64,000 nucleotides of DNA, from the NCBI RefSeq assembly GCF_963921235.1, contig NC_086097.1, positions 225,372,001-225,436,000 on the forward strand. The letters are read 5' to 3'. The notes under the pieces are model-generated. The model was not told the origin of the DNA. It did not search any database and saw only the letters and a list, made by a program, of their open reading frames with translations. Positions 11,761 through 25,339 of the stretch are shown piece after piece. Made by a program: the position numbers and the translations under genes. Positions within the stretch are counted from its first letter, which is position 1; every line of letters starts with the position of its first letter. The stretch is from Mobula hypostoma. Lineage: Eukaryota.

Positions 11761-14700
11761 TCAAAAGTCCTTGAATTTTCAATTTTTTTCTTATACGGAG
11801 GTATTCTGACAACTTGAAAAGATTTTATCATTTATATGAAATGATGACCATTTTTGCAACGTGATTCCTTAGTCACTGTGACTGTTCTACAATGTATTTA
11901 AATGTAATTTTAATGAATGATGAAATATAATATGTTTTGTTATAATTATTTTTATAAAGGAAAAAATATTAAACTCCCCACATGATCATAAGTAGTAACT
12001 ATAAAGAATCTGGAGATTGCGTGAAAGTTAAGTATCCAAATATAATTGCATTAAAGATGACTTAATCATGTCTGATGTACGTATGTACAGAAAAGATGCA
12101 GGTAGCAATCTGAATGAATTGTAGGCTTTTCTTCCTTTGAAGTATAAAGTCTCTTTAGTCAAATGAGGTGGTTTAATGTAATTTGCCTAAGTTTAAAAAA
12201 TGCTTTGACATCATTAGTATTTAAGTGATTTGTTACAGCAACCTTTTGCTTTTGAAACCTGTGGCCAGTTAAATAAATCATCTTTCATATGTATTAATAC
12301 TACAGCTCTCATTTGAGGGATTTATTATAATGCCACAGATAAGGTAAGTGAAGTAAATGCAATTGGTGGGTTTTCACTTGAAAAGTTTAACATATTTTTA
12401 TACCATAGATCAAATAGGTATTTAGAAACATGTAATGGCCCTAATCTTATCCTTTGTATAGCAATACAGTTACCTCTAAACTACAAGCATAAAAGCACTA
12501 ATTTAGAGAATTGTTTTCATTTTCTTCTGCATTCCTTCCTTTAAATTATGGATTATGTGGATATTTTGATTCATATTTACTGTATCCAGGTCTTGCATAG
12601 AGTTACCTCACTCTTTAAGGACTCTGTATATGTGTAGCAATACATTTGTATGTTTACTATTTTACTTTTATTGGCTATTTACATTTCTTATTTGACCTGC
12701 TAATGAGGTCCTAGGGATAACAATCAAGCATCAAAATAAAGCAAGAATGCAATTATTGGATGCCTTTGGATTCTCTGATGTGTCTTAACTCTAGACAAAC
12801 AAGAGCAACTTCTGTGGCTATTCACATATCTGCAAGTCTCCTTTGCGTTATTAGGGAAAGCACTCTGTTCTCTGACCTTTAGTAGGAGCTTTCTATTACT
12901 GGAATTTAAAGGGGGTCCGAATCTCATGGCAAATTGATAGCAAATGTTTTCCAAAGTACCAACAGAAAGTAGAGTTCATGTCATACTTAAAAAGATTGGA
13001 AAAGGAAGAGAGGAAATTGGAGAAAGTTGGAAAATCATTTCATGATTGATTTAAAAATGGAATATCTTTTGCTTTTCTCGATGATGATTACTTAATAGGA
13101 ACTGCATACAATCCATTAACAGACCTTTTAATTATGAGATCAGTTTACTTTACACATCTACAAAGCAAATTAATATTTGAACCTATTCTAAATAGAGAAT
13201 TTTTTAATAAAAGCTAAAATTTAAGCAAATTTTCAATGAGAATCTTACATTTGCTGACAAAAAAAAAGTCAGTGGAATTTCCTAAATGCAGGTATAAAGA
13301 GTTCTTTGAGGATAATTGAAATATTTTCTCAAAATGTAATATTTTACATGATAAATTGACTCACATCCATATTTGTGAATACAGAGTATATACTGTACAT
13401 TATTGTATCCTGTGCCCATTTGATATAAGTCCACAATGTTCATGTTTCATATCTTGGAAATTTGAATGTGCTTTGTTGTTTCTTTATCAGCTAAATAAAT
13501 ATGTAATATTACATTTTGATTGTATCATAAAATTGTATGGAATGATGTGTGTTTATTAATGGTACATAGTCAAAGGAAACTGAAACAAATGTATTCACAG
13601 GTCCCATATGTATTTTAAAGGTTTGTTTGCTTTACTAGGTCATTTTATAACATATTTTGCATGCATTTGTTTATTCAAAAACAGATTTTTCTAGTCCATT
13701 TATGAATTAAACTTTTTCCTGGTAATTTTTCCTAGTAATGATTGAAGCACATCTCATAGTTGGTTCAATGAGATTAAAAGCCTGAAATAGATTAAAATGG
13801 GACAAGAAGTACAATAGAACAGATATCGGCCTACCTGCATTCTGCACTGTGCCTTTTGTTCAGCTGCACATGGTCTTTTTTTTCCGCTCAGGATAGATTA
13901 GCCCTCACAGACAATGATAACAATCCAGCCTATTTTCACAGAAAGCAGCATTCAAATCAGAAACTAAGTACATTTATTTTCGACAGACAATTTACCCCAT
14001 GATGAGATGTGCTTTCACTTTTTTTTCCGACATTCTAGCATCCAGCAACACAGCAGGCATCCTGAGGTTAGACTTCAAATAAAGGATAACGATGCTCATA
14101 TATTAATAGATTCATTGAATGAATAATGTCATTTTATAGCGGCATTTATTTCTTTTAGTTCAGTCTTAAAATTGCTTCATAATTGAACTAGTAATTTTAA
14201 CATAAGTTCAGGTGAATTTATCCTCATTTTGTTCTGTCATCAGTTGTGTATGTGGTGGTGGTTGGGGGGGTTAGGAGGGTACAGCTATAAATGTTTTCCT
14301 TTTAATAGATTCACTCTTCATGAGCTTTGTGCTGTTTATTATTGCTAATTTTCAGATATTATGAGTCAAAATACATTTTTGTTCAGACATTACCATAAAA
14401 CACTGCAAATGTTCATTCATGAGTCATTTGCCTTCTGCAAGATCCTTAGATTAACTAAAATCTGTGGTGTAGGACAAATCTCCTTTTGACATTATTTATG
14501 AATATTGAAGATTGTGATTTGACTCTCTAATTTTTTGTAATGGCTTTCAAATGATAAGTACATGGATCAGTCTATTAATATATTTTAATAGGTGTATGTA
14601 ATTATCATTTCATTGAAATGTATTAGTTTCTAATCCATTATTTACTGCACATTGAATTCAACATAGCAATGTTTTTCATCATTGTGGTCTAAATCAAACA

Positions 14701-17700
14701 CATAACGTAACTGCATCCTTTTGTTTTGGGCAAAGGTAATAAGATTATTTGCATTTGTCGACTTAGTATAGTTGATTTACTGTTATTGTAAATAGTTTAA
14801 TTAGGATAAGACATTAAAAGGTCTTATTTAATCAATAAATATTCTGACCCTCTGTTTTTAGCAGCCAAGTTAATCAGGAACATGATAACTAATGATTTGT
14901 GTGATTCAGGACTTGTTTTTCCTAGTACTATTTCTTAACGATGAGGCCTCATTATGCTTCTTCATTGCCCCTAAGTGACCTTTTTGTATCGCCACTGAGT
15001 TGGGTTCATATATCTCGTAGCCAGGGTACAACCCAGACCATTAGCCAGTCCCTAAACCACTAGCATGAACCATCAGCCCTATGATTTCTACAGTTCATTC
15101 ATTTTGCAGCTTCCTAACGATCTCTGCCCTAGCTCTAAATCCTGCTTTTATTGTAGACAGCGCTGACAACAGGCAGCCTTGTCTTTCATTTCCTTGATGT
15201 ACTTTGTACTGCTGTATGGCTTTTGTTAGTATTGATGCAAACATTACCATAAACCACCACCTAGGGACTAGAAACAATTGACTAACTGTTTTCAAATCCA
15301 ATACACTTAAGTTGATCAGACACAAAGTTTAAGTACAGTTAGCTGTAGAAAACACCATTGCTGTGTGGTCTAGGGCTGCATTGCTGAGAGAGTGGAAGAT
15401 CAAGGCCAGTGTAATACTAGGCCAACATCGCGCATCAGTAAATTTCAAGACAATACTGATGTATATAAAATGCAGCTTGTAATTATTCCAAATGTGAGAG
15501 TAAATTTCTCAAACTTTGCAATCCATGAAAAAGGATGGCTTTTTAAAAGGAAATATATATTTATTGTCTCCAAGCATATTAGAAATATAAATAATTTTTG
15601 TATATCTATCATCCCTTTAATTTCCTTTTGTAAGACAATCTGAGCAAAAGAGAAAATTATTCTTAATTAAATAGCAAGGAAACTGGACTCATTATGAATA
15701 CATTTTCTGTTGCTTGTGAAACAATTTGCAAGCCACATGCATTATTTATCTAAAATGGAGCCTGACCCTTTTTTGTAAAGGAAGCAATAGTAGGGTCATT
15801 TGCTGCTTGAGCTTGGCCGGATTCTCGAGTCGGGCTTTTGTAAAGGATCATTCAGGTCTATTTTCTATCCCATGCTTCAAAGCTTTCAGCTGCATCTTTG
15901 ATGTTTCTCTTTAAATTAAGCAATATTGAGCAAAACAAAAAAAAAGAGGTGGAAATGAAGACTTATGTTCATTACCAGGGTTTTTTTTTCTGCTTTTACC
16001 ATCATTTCAATGCAGCATACCCAATCACGTGAAGCCCTTAATGGGAAATGTATGTATAATATATCAATTCACCAACTCCATGCATTTATTCCAAATTATG
16101 CTGGATCATTTTAAAAATGAAAACATTTTACCATCAGAGTGAATCTTTCGTTCAGAGCTTGAATCTAAGTAAAAGTGACCTACAGAGAATATATACATAT
16201 CTGAACAAAGCAGATAGAAAGCTGCTAAACTCATACTGATGTCTCACTATGCCGTATGTGCACTGTGCAGTTAAAACATATTTAGGTGGTTCAGCTTCTT
16301 CAGTTTTATTCCAAAAACACTTTATTTTGTTTTTAGAAACCTTGACAATAGAAATTATTCTGTTCACCTGCTTTGGTTTCATACATTCCCCGTGCCGTGT
16401 TGTGTTTTGTCAACATTGTGAAGGTATTCCTGAGTCTGCTGATAATTTTTTAAGAGTATAAGTTGACTGGTAAGTGTGATTCAATTAGCAATCAGATGGG
16501 CTGATCATTCTACTGACAAAGTGCAATTGGAATCCTCATTCCACCATTGACATTTCACCATCGGACATTGTTCCTGATGTCAGAGGTTTTAACTGATTAT
16601 CTGTATCCGGTTAGATAAATAATGACAATTGATCAGTTTCAACTCTTCCAGACAAAATAAGCAAATGGAATGCCCACTGAGTCCCATATTATAAAGCTGC
16701 CTGAGTACCACTGCATAGAAAAACACTTCAAACCATTCCAAATTTATATCCTGACAAGATAATCAAAAATAATAGAAATAAGTTAAAGCAAATAATACAG
16801 TGAATCCAAAATTAATGATTGCCACTTCTCTTTAAAGAACTATAACTGCAACCCAGCAAAAATGACTCTTAAGTTTTTTCACAGAGTTTATGATTTTGAA
16901 GCTTGATTAAAGCAAAATTTAACAAAAATTTAAAACAAAACATAGCAAAATGTAAAAGCCTGATTTTCTTCTTCCAAAGGAGGGACTACTTGAAATGAAT
17001 GAATGAACTTCTCAAAAAACATTAATGATCTTTTTGTTCTCAATTCATGCAATAAAAAATATCTTACAATGATTAAAACTAAAATTAGAGCAGGATCAAA
17101 GTTAATAAAATATGACTATAATTTGTAGCCTGATCATTACTTTCACTGTTTTGAAATTAGAAATGTGTCCATATTGATTATACTTATTGCAAGAAAATGA
17201 ACAAGATACTCCAGATGAAAGAAATTGCTTTTGCGCAAGAAGCATTTGAAATGTGTTTTTTTTTTCCGAATAGACCATAAACATTCTTTATTTCAGCAAC
17301 ATTGGAAACTATTTTGATACTCCATTCATAAAATAAGGATATTAGATTACACCTTATTTTCTGTGTGAAACGTGTGCTGCAAATAAAAGCTAATGAAATT
17401 GGTCAGTCTATGTAAGAAGTACCTATATAATGTGGTAAAGCAGGACCTTGCTGTTCCGGTCAGGAGCATACGCAATGTTTGCAGTTGCTGCATCAGTGCT
17501 GCACTGACCGCGGAGAAGACGGTCAGATCTGAAAGAACCTCTCTCCTGGTAGCCAAAGATAGGCTGCAGAAAAAGCTGCCATGGAGATGAAGGAAAGCAA
17601 GGGGGAGGGGGAGCAGGAAAAACAGTCTTCAGCGTGTGTGGCCATTCCCCCCACCCCCACATGCAACCCAATGCCCTGAAGGAGCCCCGTGCCTTGAGTG

Positions 17701-20680
17701 GCCCCAAGCCACAAAGATGTGCAGGCTGAACAAACTAGCAGATATCACAGATACCTGCACCGAGGTGAAACACGTGAAAATGCTGCAATCATTGAGGGAT
17801 AATCCACTGCTGCCCTGCATATATACCAAACAATGAAAAGTGACTCTCTGAGTTAAACGTCGATGTCACACCAAGTACCTTTCATTCACATCTCCTTGCT
17901 GATCAGCTGCGGGATTTAGGTCTTGTTTCTTGTGATGACAAAAAGATTGCACCTTTGGTATGAGTGGAAATGGCCGGTGTGCCCATGATGATATCACTTG
18001 CAGAGCAACAATGCCAGGGAAAGTTCAGCAGTACCCAGGTGAATTGCACATGGAGGTGTCTTGGTCAGTTTCCCAATGGGCACTAATTATCCAGGAACTC
18101 GTTGCTGGCATGTTCTAATCTGAGAAAGTCTTTCACTTCCGTTCTTTCAGAATGCAAGAAAATTATCAGAAGATAGTGTATAAAATAATCAAAATTAGAC
18201 CAAGCAATGAATGTTTCTAACATTTTACATTTTAATATCCCCAAATGATCTTTCCCTCCTTTGTGAAGATGTTAAATATACTGCATAATTTCTTGAATAT
18301 TGCCAGCAAAGGTATATCAGCAAGTTACATCTGTAACATAGACATGGGAATGCAGAAATGATTTAAATGCTGAGTTCAACATGTCTCACCCTTCCTGCCA
18401 CCTCCTTACTGTTTAGCCATCAACCAATAGACAATACAAGATGTATTGAGGATTGATACTCAGTAAATTTCTGCGCTGACTTGCATGCTCTACGCTGTTC
18501 TACACAGATGGTAACAAAACAAACTTTTTGTTATTTATGGGCAATTTTCAGCTTTTTAAGTATTTCATAATCAAATCTGTTTGTTTTCTATGTATAATTC
18601 ACCAGAGGAATAAAAAATGGTGAAAGGCAGTGGTTATATTGGTAAAGAAGGTAGTTGACAGTCAGAGAAGATGTAGCATCTGATTTATACAGTGACTGAA
18701 GAGCACTTGGTATGCCTGATAGCAGGAGACCAATAGGAGGCATTGGCAATCTGTGCATTTTTCCTGGCACTGTAATTGAACCTTTTAAAACAGAAAGGAA
18801 ACATTGACTTTTCACAGATTGGAGTGAGGTGTTATTGTATGTGACCTCATTGCTGTAACAATTACGCAAGCTCTTATTTTTAAAAATGTGCTCTTCTCTT
18901 TGAAAGGATTATATGATTTATTTCATGGACCAAAGAGGGATTTTCTTCAGCAGCATTTGAAATCAATAGACATATTTAAACAATAAAAGAGCTGACTGAA
19001 AACAGAATTACGCTTTTATGTATTATGCTTCTGTTATTTCAAAAAGGCTAGTGGTATAAATAATGGAATAATTTAGCGGTTTACAGCTTCTCCATTTAAC
19101 CATATATCCAATCAACAAGGGTGGTTGCTAGGCCTCACTCACAAACTATGCCTGCATCTGAGTAATGTTACTCATAATTTAAAAGATACCAGTTTTAATA
19201 AGAGATACATGGAATATCCTAATCTGTTTCCTCTGAGTCTGAGGTTGTCTTCCAGGAGATTTTGTGGCTTAAGCTTCCATAATGATGTCACAGCTTACAA
19301 CATTTTGCTGCGTGGCTCTTGTGTCTTTTAATATGTATTTGTACGTACGGGCATTTTTTTTTGTTCTCTTGTGGGATGAAGGAGCTTAGGGGTGTAACCT
19401 CTCAGACCTAAATAAGGCAGAGCAAACAACTCCAGGCACAAGGAATTAGTTGAGACTTTATTTATCACAAATACTTTCAGACAATAGAAAGCATATATCT
19501 TAGTTTAGTTTCATATTTACAATTAGCATCTGTGTTACAGTCATAATCTAGAATCAATGAATTGTGTGTAGTATGAGAGGTATCTTTGACATGTATCATA
19601 TCTTGTTATTGTCTGGATAAATATCAATATTATAGCAAATACAATATTATAATAATAAATAATTTATCAATATTGTGGAAAATCATTCTTTGGTATTTCC
19701 AAAGAATGGCAGAATGAAATGATGAAAATATGCACCAGATCCGTCAACAAAAGAAGACAATTTATAATTTAGGATCAGGATTATCAGATACGACAGCTAA
19801 ATTGTGAAATAATGAAAGATCATGCATATATATTTACAGTCTCTGTTCCATCAGGGTAAATACATTTCTCCAGTTCTTTTTAAATAATAATTAGCGATGC
19901 ATGAAACACATGATATAATTTCACACAATAGCCTGTGACTAATTTTATGATTCATGCTTAGGACACTTGTCACCTGCAACTTTTGCTACTTTCCAGCAGG
20001 CTAATTTTAATTATGATATCGTTGTAAGGTGCAGGTAGCCTGCATCTTTCAACCCATTCCAGAATGAGGAAAATTTCAAGCCACCGGAAAACAGCTGTTC
20101 ACCTTCTGCTCCTTGAGCCCTTCTCCCAACTGTCCATGACTTTCATTTCCGATACCCATGACAACAGACGTCATAGTCATCCCCTTTCCTTAAGTACTGC
20201 CCTTTATTTCCTCCAAAATCCACTTTATCCTCAAAACTATTTCTTGAGGTTATTACTCCTGCTTTTGTGCAGCTTGGAGGCTCCCGGACATTTATCTAGA
20301 TAACTGGTTGACAAAGAAAGAAAGAGCAAAATATGGTGGATTCCAGTTAACTGGACCATTGGTTAATTAGGACAGCTACTTATTTGGGACTAAAATTAAT
20401 CATTAAAGTAGTTGGGATTCCCTTCATTTGCTTGGGACTCTCTGCCAATGTATAGGGGCAGGAGACGGTTGCCAAATGGCTAACAAGCATTGGCCGTTAG
20501 GCACTACACCATGCTTAGAGCTTTAAATAGCATCAGTTATGAGTGTTTGCATTGAAAAGCGGCGATTTTTGTCACTGATAGTTGGTGAGAAATAAACAGT
20601 GAGATAATTCAGGAGGTGCTTCGCTGACTGTGGTTTCAATCATTCATAAACATTGAGTCCAGAAATGGCTGGGAGTGAAA

Positions 20681-22416
20681 ATTGAATTGAATTGACTTTA
20701 TTTCTTAAATCCTAAGCAGAGCTTAGGAGGAATGATGGCGCCTACTGGTGATTCCTTTGCTTGCATCTTCGGAAACAGTTCTATTTCGACCTTTACTACC
20801 TTTATTTTATCCTTTCAGGGTTCTTTTGAAGACCCTGATCTGGAGTTACATGCAGGCTTCGGTTCTTTGCGGGAATGGGACCCGTTCTCGGGGTTCCATG
20901 ACTAGCTGCTATTCGACATGCCAAGGGTTTGGCCTGAGGATCTCGATCGTGTTCAGAAGCCTAAGATCTCGGGGCTCTGGAGACAGGCGGATCGAGGGTC
21001 GGTGTCACAGCAGGAGACTCGCGTGTCGTCGGGGAGGCCGGAAAATCTTTCGCTGTGGGTCCGAAGACCCGAGGACACAGAGCTTGAAAAAAACGACGAA
21101 ACGGACTTTTAAGATCGTAAACTAGCATGTTGTTATGTCTCCCGCTCACTGTGAAAATGGGGGACATCTCTCTCTCCCTTGCCAGGGAGAACCTGTGGTT
21201 TGTTGAATTTTGGATGAAATGCAAAGCTTTTGGGGTAACGTTGGTCTGTGTCTTTGCTATTGCTTAGCACACGCTCAGAATTGGTGATGGTATCGATGCG
21301 TGTTTATTTTTGCTTGTGGGGCAAAGGGGAATCATGGCTCACTGCCACTTATGCGTGGGAGGGGGGAGCTCGGGGGCACTTTGGGGTTCTCATGATTAAC
21401 CGTCGTTCATTCTTCAGGGCACTTCTCTGTTTTAATAGATGTTTGCAAAGTAAAAGCATTTCAGGATGTATATTGTATACATTTCTCTGACATTAAATTT
21501 GACCTTTGAACCTTTGAACATGAGGAGTAAAAATCTTTATGTTATGTCTCCATCTGAATGTGCTATGTGCAAATTATAGTAATTTGTAATAAATAGTATG
21601 TACAGTAAGATATACAACAGAATAGTCATTATAGCTTAGAGATACGATTGTGTTGACGTGAATTAATCAGCCTGATAGCCTGGTGGAAGTAGCTAACGCA
21701 GAGCCTGTGAGTCCTAGCTTTATTGCTGCGGTATTGTTTCTCAGAGGGTAGCAGTTGGAACTGTTTGGTGTTGGGGTGACTCAGGTCCCCAGTGATCTTT
21801 CTGGCCCTTTTTACGCACCTGTCACTGTAAATGTCCTGAATAGTGGGAAGCTCACATCTACAGATGTGCTGGACTGTCCGCACCACTCTCTGCAGGGTCC
21901 TGCAATTGAGGGAAGTACAGTTCCCATACCAGGCAGTGACGCAGCCAGTCAGGATGCTCTCAATTGTGCCCCTGTAGAAAGACCTTAGGATCTGGGGACT
22001 CATGTCGAACTTCTTCAACCATCTGAGGTGAAAGAGGTGTCATAGTGCTTTTTGCACCACACAGCCGGTAAGTACAGACCAAGTGAGGTCCTTGGTGATG
22101 TGTCTGCTAAGGAACTTAAAAATGTTCACCCTCTCAAACCCAGATCCATTGATGTCAATAGTGATGAGCCTGTCTCCATTCCTCCTGTAGTCCACAACCA
22201 GCTCCTTTATTTTCGCGACGTTGAGGGAGAGGTTGTTTTCTTGACACCACTGTGTCAGGATGTTGACTTCTTCTCTGTAGGCTCTCTCGTTATCATTTGA
22301 GATAAGGCCAATCAATGTAGTATCATCTGCAAATATAATTAGCAGTTTGGAGCTGTGGGTGGCGACACAGTCATGGGCATACAGCGTGTAAAGGAGGGTG
22401 CTTAGGACACAGCCTA
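20681..22416 (-). mobile_element. Rex1/Babar-clade LINE, 5'-truncated, RT C-terminal half plus 3'UTR (interrupted at 20714-21518)
   Basis: ORFs 22040-22447 and 21629-22018 give GCVLSTLLYTLYAHDC..FADDTTLIGLI..WCQENNLSLNVAK and FYRGTIESILTGCVTAWYGNC. (TTGAA)n tail complement at 20681. Same family as 40221-42180 and 53940-55265. Confidence 0.9.
20714..21518 (+). mobile_element. CpG-rich non-autonomous retroelement with a LINE-type 3' tail
   Basis: Begins near ATGGCGCC and has a CpG-rich non-coding body. Ends CATTTCAGGATGTATATTGTATACATTTCTCTGACATTAAA..(CCTTTGAA)2. Sits inside the Rex 3'UTR (compare the uninterrupted copy at 40221-40300). Confidence 0.7.
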
Positions 22417-23169
22417 AGTAGTGAACTGAAATGAAACAAGTTAGCAACTATGAAGAATTTGAAGGTATCGACAATCATCTTGAAAGAGCCAATGAAAGTG
22501 AAGATTTGAAGGATGCAATAATCAGAAGTATTGTATGAAGGCAGTGCATTATCTGCACTCACTGTTGGTGCTGATTTTGTTCATTTACAGTCATCAAAGC
22601 AATGCGCAGCTTATACCAGATGAATTCCTCTGTTGATAACTATTGGAAACAAAGACAGTTTTCTACATAGTACTGTAGGAGTATTGGTAGTGTTCTAATC
22701 TGTTCTGTATTTCATTTAAATACATAATTTGTTACTTAGTGAATTGGTGGTTTGTCATTTTTACAGCTTTTCGACAACTTCCATGAAACTTCGGCTGGTT
22801 GGAGCAGCTGAAGTTTTGGCTAACTGGACCAAAGGGTAATGCTGCTGATGTCTGTTTCTCAATTAACTGGAATCCACTCTATTCAGTTGCTTAAAGAGCC
22901 AAAGTAAATTGGAAAAGAAACTGGCAACATGAAATGTGAGAGCTTCCCAACTTTGAAAGAGTTCATTTTGTTTGTAACAGTAGGGATTTACTTGGTATTT
23001 GTATAGGTTTGTTATTGTCACATGTACCAAGATACAGAGAAGAACCTGCCTTGCACACTGGTCATGCAAATCAAATTATTACACAATGCATTGAGTTCAA
23101 AAAAGGTAAAACATTAGCAATGAAAAATAAAGTTTAAAAGCAACCGAAACAAATGCAGTGAAGGTAAAG

Positions 23170-24122
23170 GAGACCATAAGATCATAAGACGTAGGAGCAG
23201 AATTAGGCTATTTGGTCCATTGAGTCTGTTCCGCTATTCAATCATAGTTGATCCTTTTTTCTCCTCCTCAGCCCCACTCTCTGTCACCTTTGATGCCATG
23301 TCCAATCAAGAACCTGCCAAGCTCTGCCTTAAACACCCAACGACTTGACCTCTACAGCTGCCTGTGGTAACAAATCCCACAAATTCACCACCCTCTGGGT
23401 GAAAAAAATTCTCTGCATCTCTGCTTCAAAAGGATGCTCCTCTATCCTAAGGCTATGCCCCTTGTTCTAGACAGACCCACCTTGGGAAACACCCTTTCCA
23501 CATCTACTCTGTCTAGGCCTTGCAAAATTTGAAAGGTTTCAGTGAGATCCCCCCTCATCTTTCTAAATTCCAGCGAGTACAGACCCAGAGCCATCAAACG
23601 TTTCTCGTATGATAACCCTTTCATTCCTGGAATCATCCTTGTGTACCTCCTCTGAATCCTCTTCAATGCCAGCTCATCTTTTCTTAGATAAGAAGCCTTA
23701 AAACTGTTCACAATACTCAAAGTGAGGCCTCACCAGTTCCTTATAAAGTCTTAGCATCACATCCTTACTCTTGTATTCTAGACCTCTTGAAAAGAATGCT
23801 AACATTGCATTTGCCTTCCTCACCACTGACTCAACTTGCAAGCTAACCGTTGGATAAGAGTTCCCAGGTCCTTTTGCATCTCAGATTCTTGGATTTTCTC
23901 CCCATTTCGAAAATAGTCTGCACATTTATTTGCACTCTCAAAGTGCATGACCATGCATTTTCCAATATTGTATTTCATTTGCCACTTTCTTGTCCATTCT
24001 CTTAATCTGTCCAAGTCTTTCTGCCTACCTGATTCCTCACTACTACCTGCCCCTCCACCAATCTTGGCATCATCTACAGACCTGACAACAAAGTCATCAA
24101 TTCCATTAGCTAAATCATTAAT
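23170..24122 (-). mobile_element. CR1 LINE 3' fragment
   Basis: ORFs 23442-23720 and 23820-24254 match CR1 ORF2 (DDAKIGG, KWQMKYNIGKC, LGLYSLEFRKMRGDL). (TATGGTCT)-type tail complement. Confidence 0.9.
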
Positions 24123-24124
24123 TC

Positions 24125-25335
24125 GGTGCAAGTTTATAATGAAGTAGACTGTGAGGTCAGGAGTCCATTTCATGGTTCTAGAGGTCCATTCAATGGTCTG
24201 AAGACATTGGGATAGAAGCTGTCCTTGAGCCTGGCGGTATGTGCTTTCAGGCATTTTTCTCTTTTGCCCAATGGGAGAAAAAAATCAGAATCAGCATCAG
24301 ATTTAATATCACTGACACATCATGAAATTTGTTAACTTTACAGCAGCAGTGCAATGAAATGCATTATAAATAAATGTAGAGGAAAATATATCTGTCTACT
24401 AAATAGCTCAGTTAAAATAAGTGGTGCAAAATAACAGAAATAAAAAAGTAGTGAGGTAGTGATCTTGGATACAATGTCCATTTAGAAAATGGATGGCATA
24501 GGTGAAGAAGCTATTCCTGAATTGCTGAATGTGCGCCTTCAAGCTTCTGTACCTCCTCCCGATGGTAACAGTGTGGTGAGGGCAAGTCGTGGTGATGGGG
24601 ATCCTTAATAATTGATGCCACCTTCCTAAGGCACTGCTCATTGAAGATGTCTTGGGTCCACCAGAGGCTGGTACCCATAATAGTGCTGATTAATTTTACA
24701 CTTTTCTGCAACTTATTTTGATTTTGTGTAGTAGCACATCTCCCCACCACCCCCAATACCAGATGGTGATGTAACCAGTCAGAGTGCTCTCCATGGTACA
24801 TTTGGAGAAGTACTGTGGAGAGCATTAGAGAAGAGAGAATCACTGGAGTGGAAGGGGTCGTTGATTATACTGGCTCCTCTACTGATACAGTGAGAAGTAT
24901 ATTCAGAGTCCTCGGAAGGGGAGCAAGTTTCCGCGATGTGCTGAGCTTTGTCCAGAACACTCTGCAGTTTCTTGCAGTCATGCGTAGAGCAGCTGCCATA
25001 CGAAGCCATTATGCATCCAGACAGAATGCTTTCCATGGTCCACTGATAAAAAGTGGTAAAGGTCTACATGGACGTGTCAAATTTCTTTAGTTTCCTGAGG
25101 ATGTAGAGGCATTAGTGAGCTTTCTGGTCTGTGACATTAATGTGTCTGTACCAGGACAGGTTCACACTGATGTTCACACTGAGGAATTTGAAGCTCCCAA
25201 TCCTCTCAACCTCAACCCCATTGACATAAACTGAAACATGTCCACTATTCTTCCCTTTTTTATGTCAATGACCAGCTTTTTTGTTTCAGTGACATCGAGG
25301 GAAAAGTTATTGTCATGACATCATGTCACTAAGCT
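24125..25335 (-). mobile_element. Stacked Rex1/Babar LINE 3' fragments
   Basis: Minus ORFs give MESILSGCIMASYGSC, IIKDPHH and GRRYRSLKAH..FRNSFF. (ATCAGA)-type tail complement near 24285. Confidence 0.8.
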
Positions 25336-25339
25336 TCCT

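Larger units (their letters stand above)
20334..22879. mobile_element. Tigger/pogo-like non-autonomous DNA transposon split by nested retroelements
   Basis: TIR-like GTGGATTCCAGTTAACTGG near 20336 and its inverse CAATTAACTGGAATCCAC near 22860-22877, each close to a TA. The halves are about 20334-20680 and 22420-22879. Confidence 0.65.

Noticed and set aside
17500..17520. REST/NRSE-like site and miR-148/152-like seed
   Set aside because: Too many mismatches in the NRSE core, and no match to a mature miRNA or a proper precursor hairpin.
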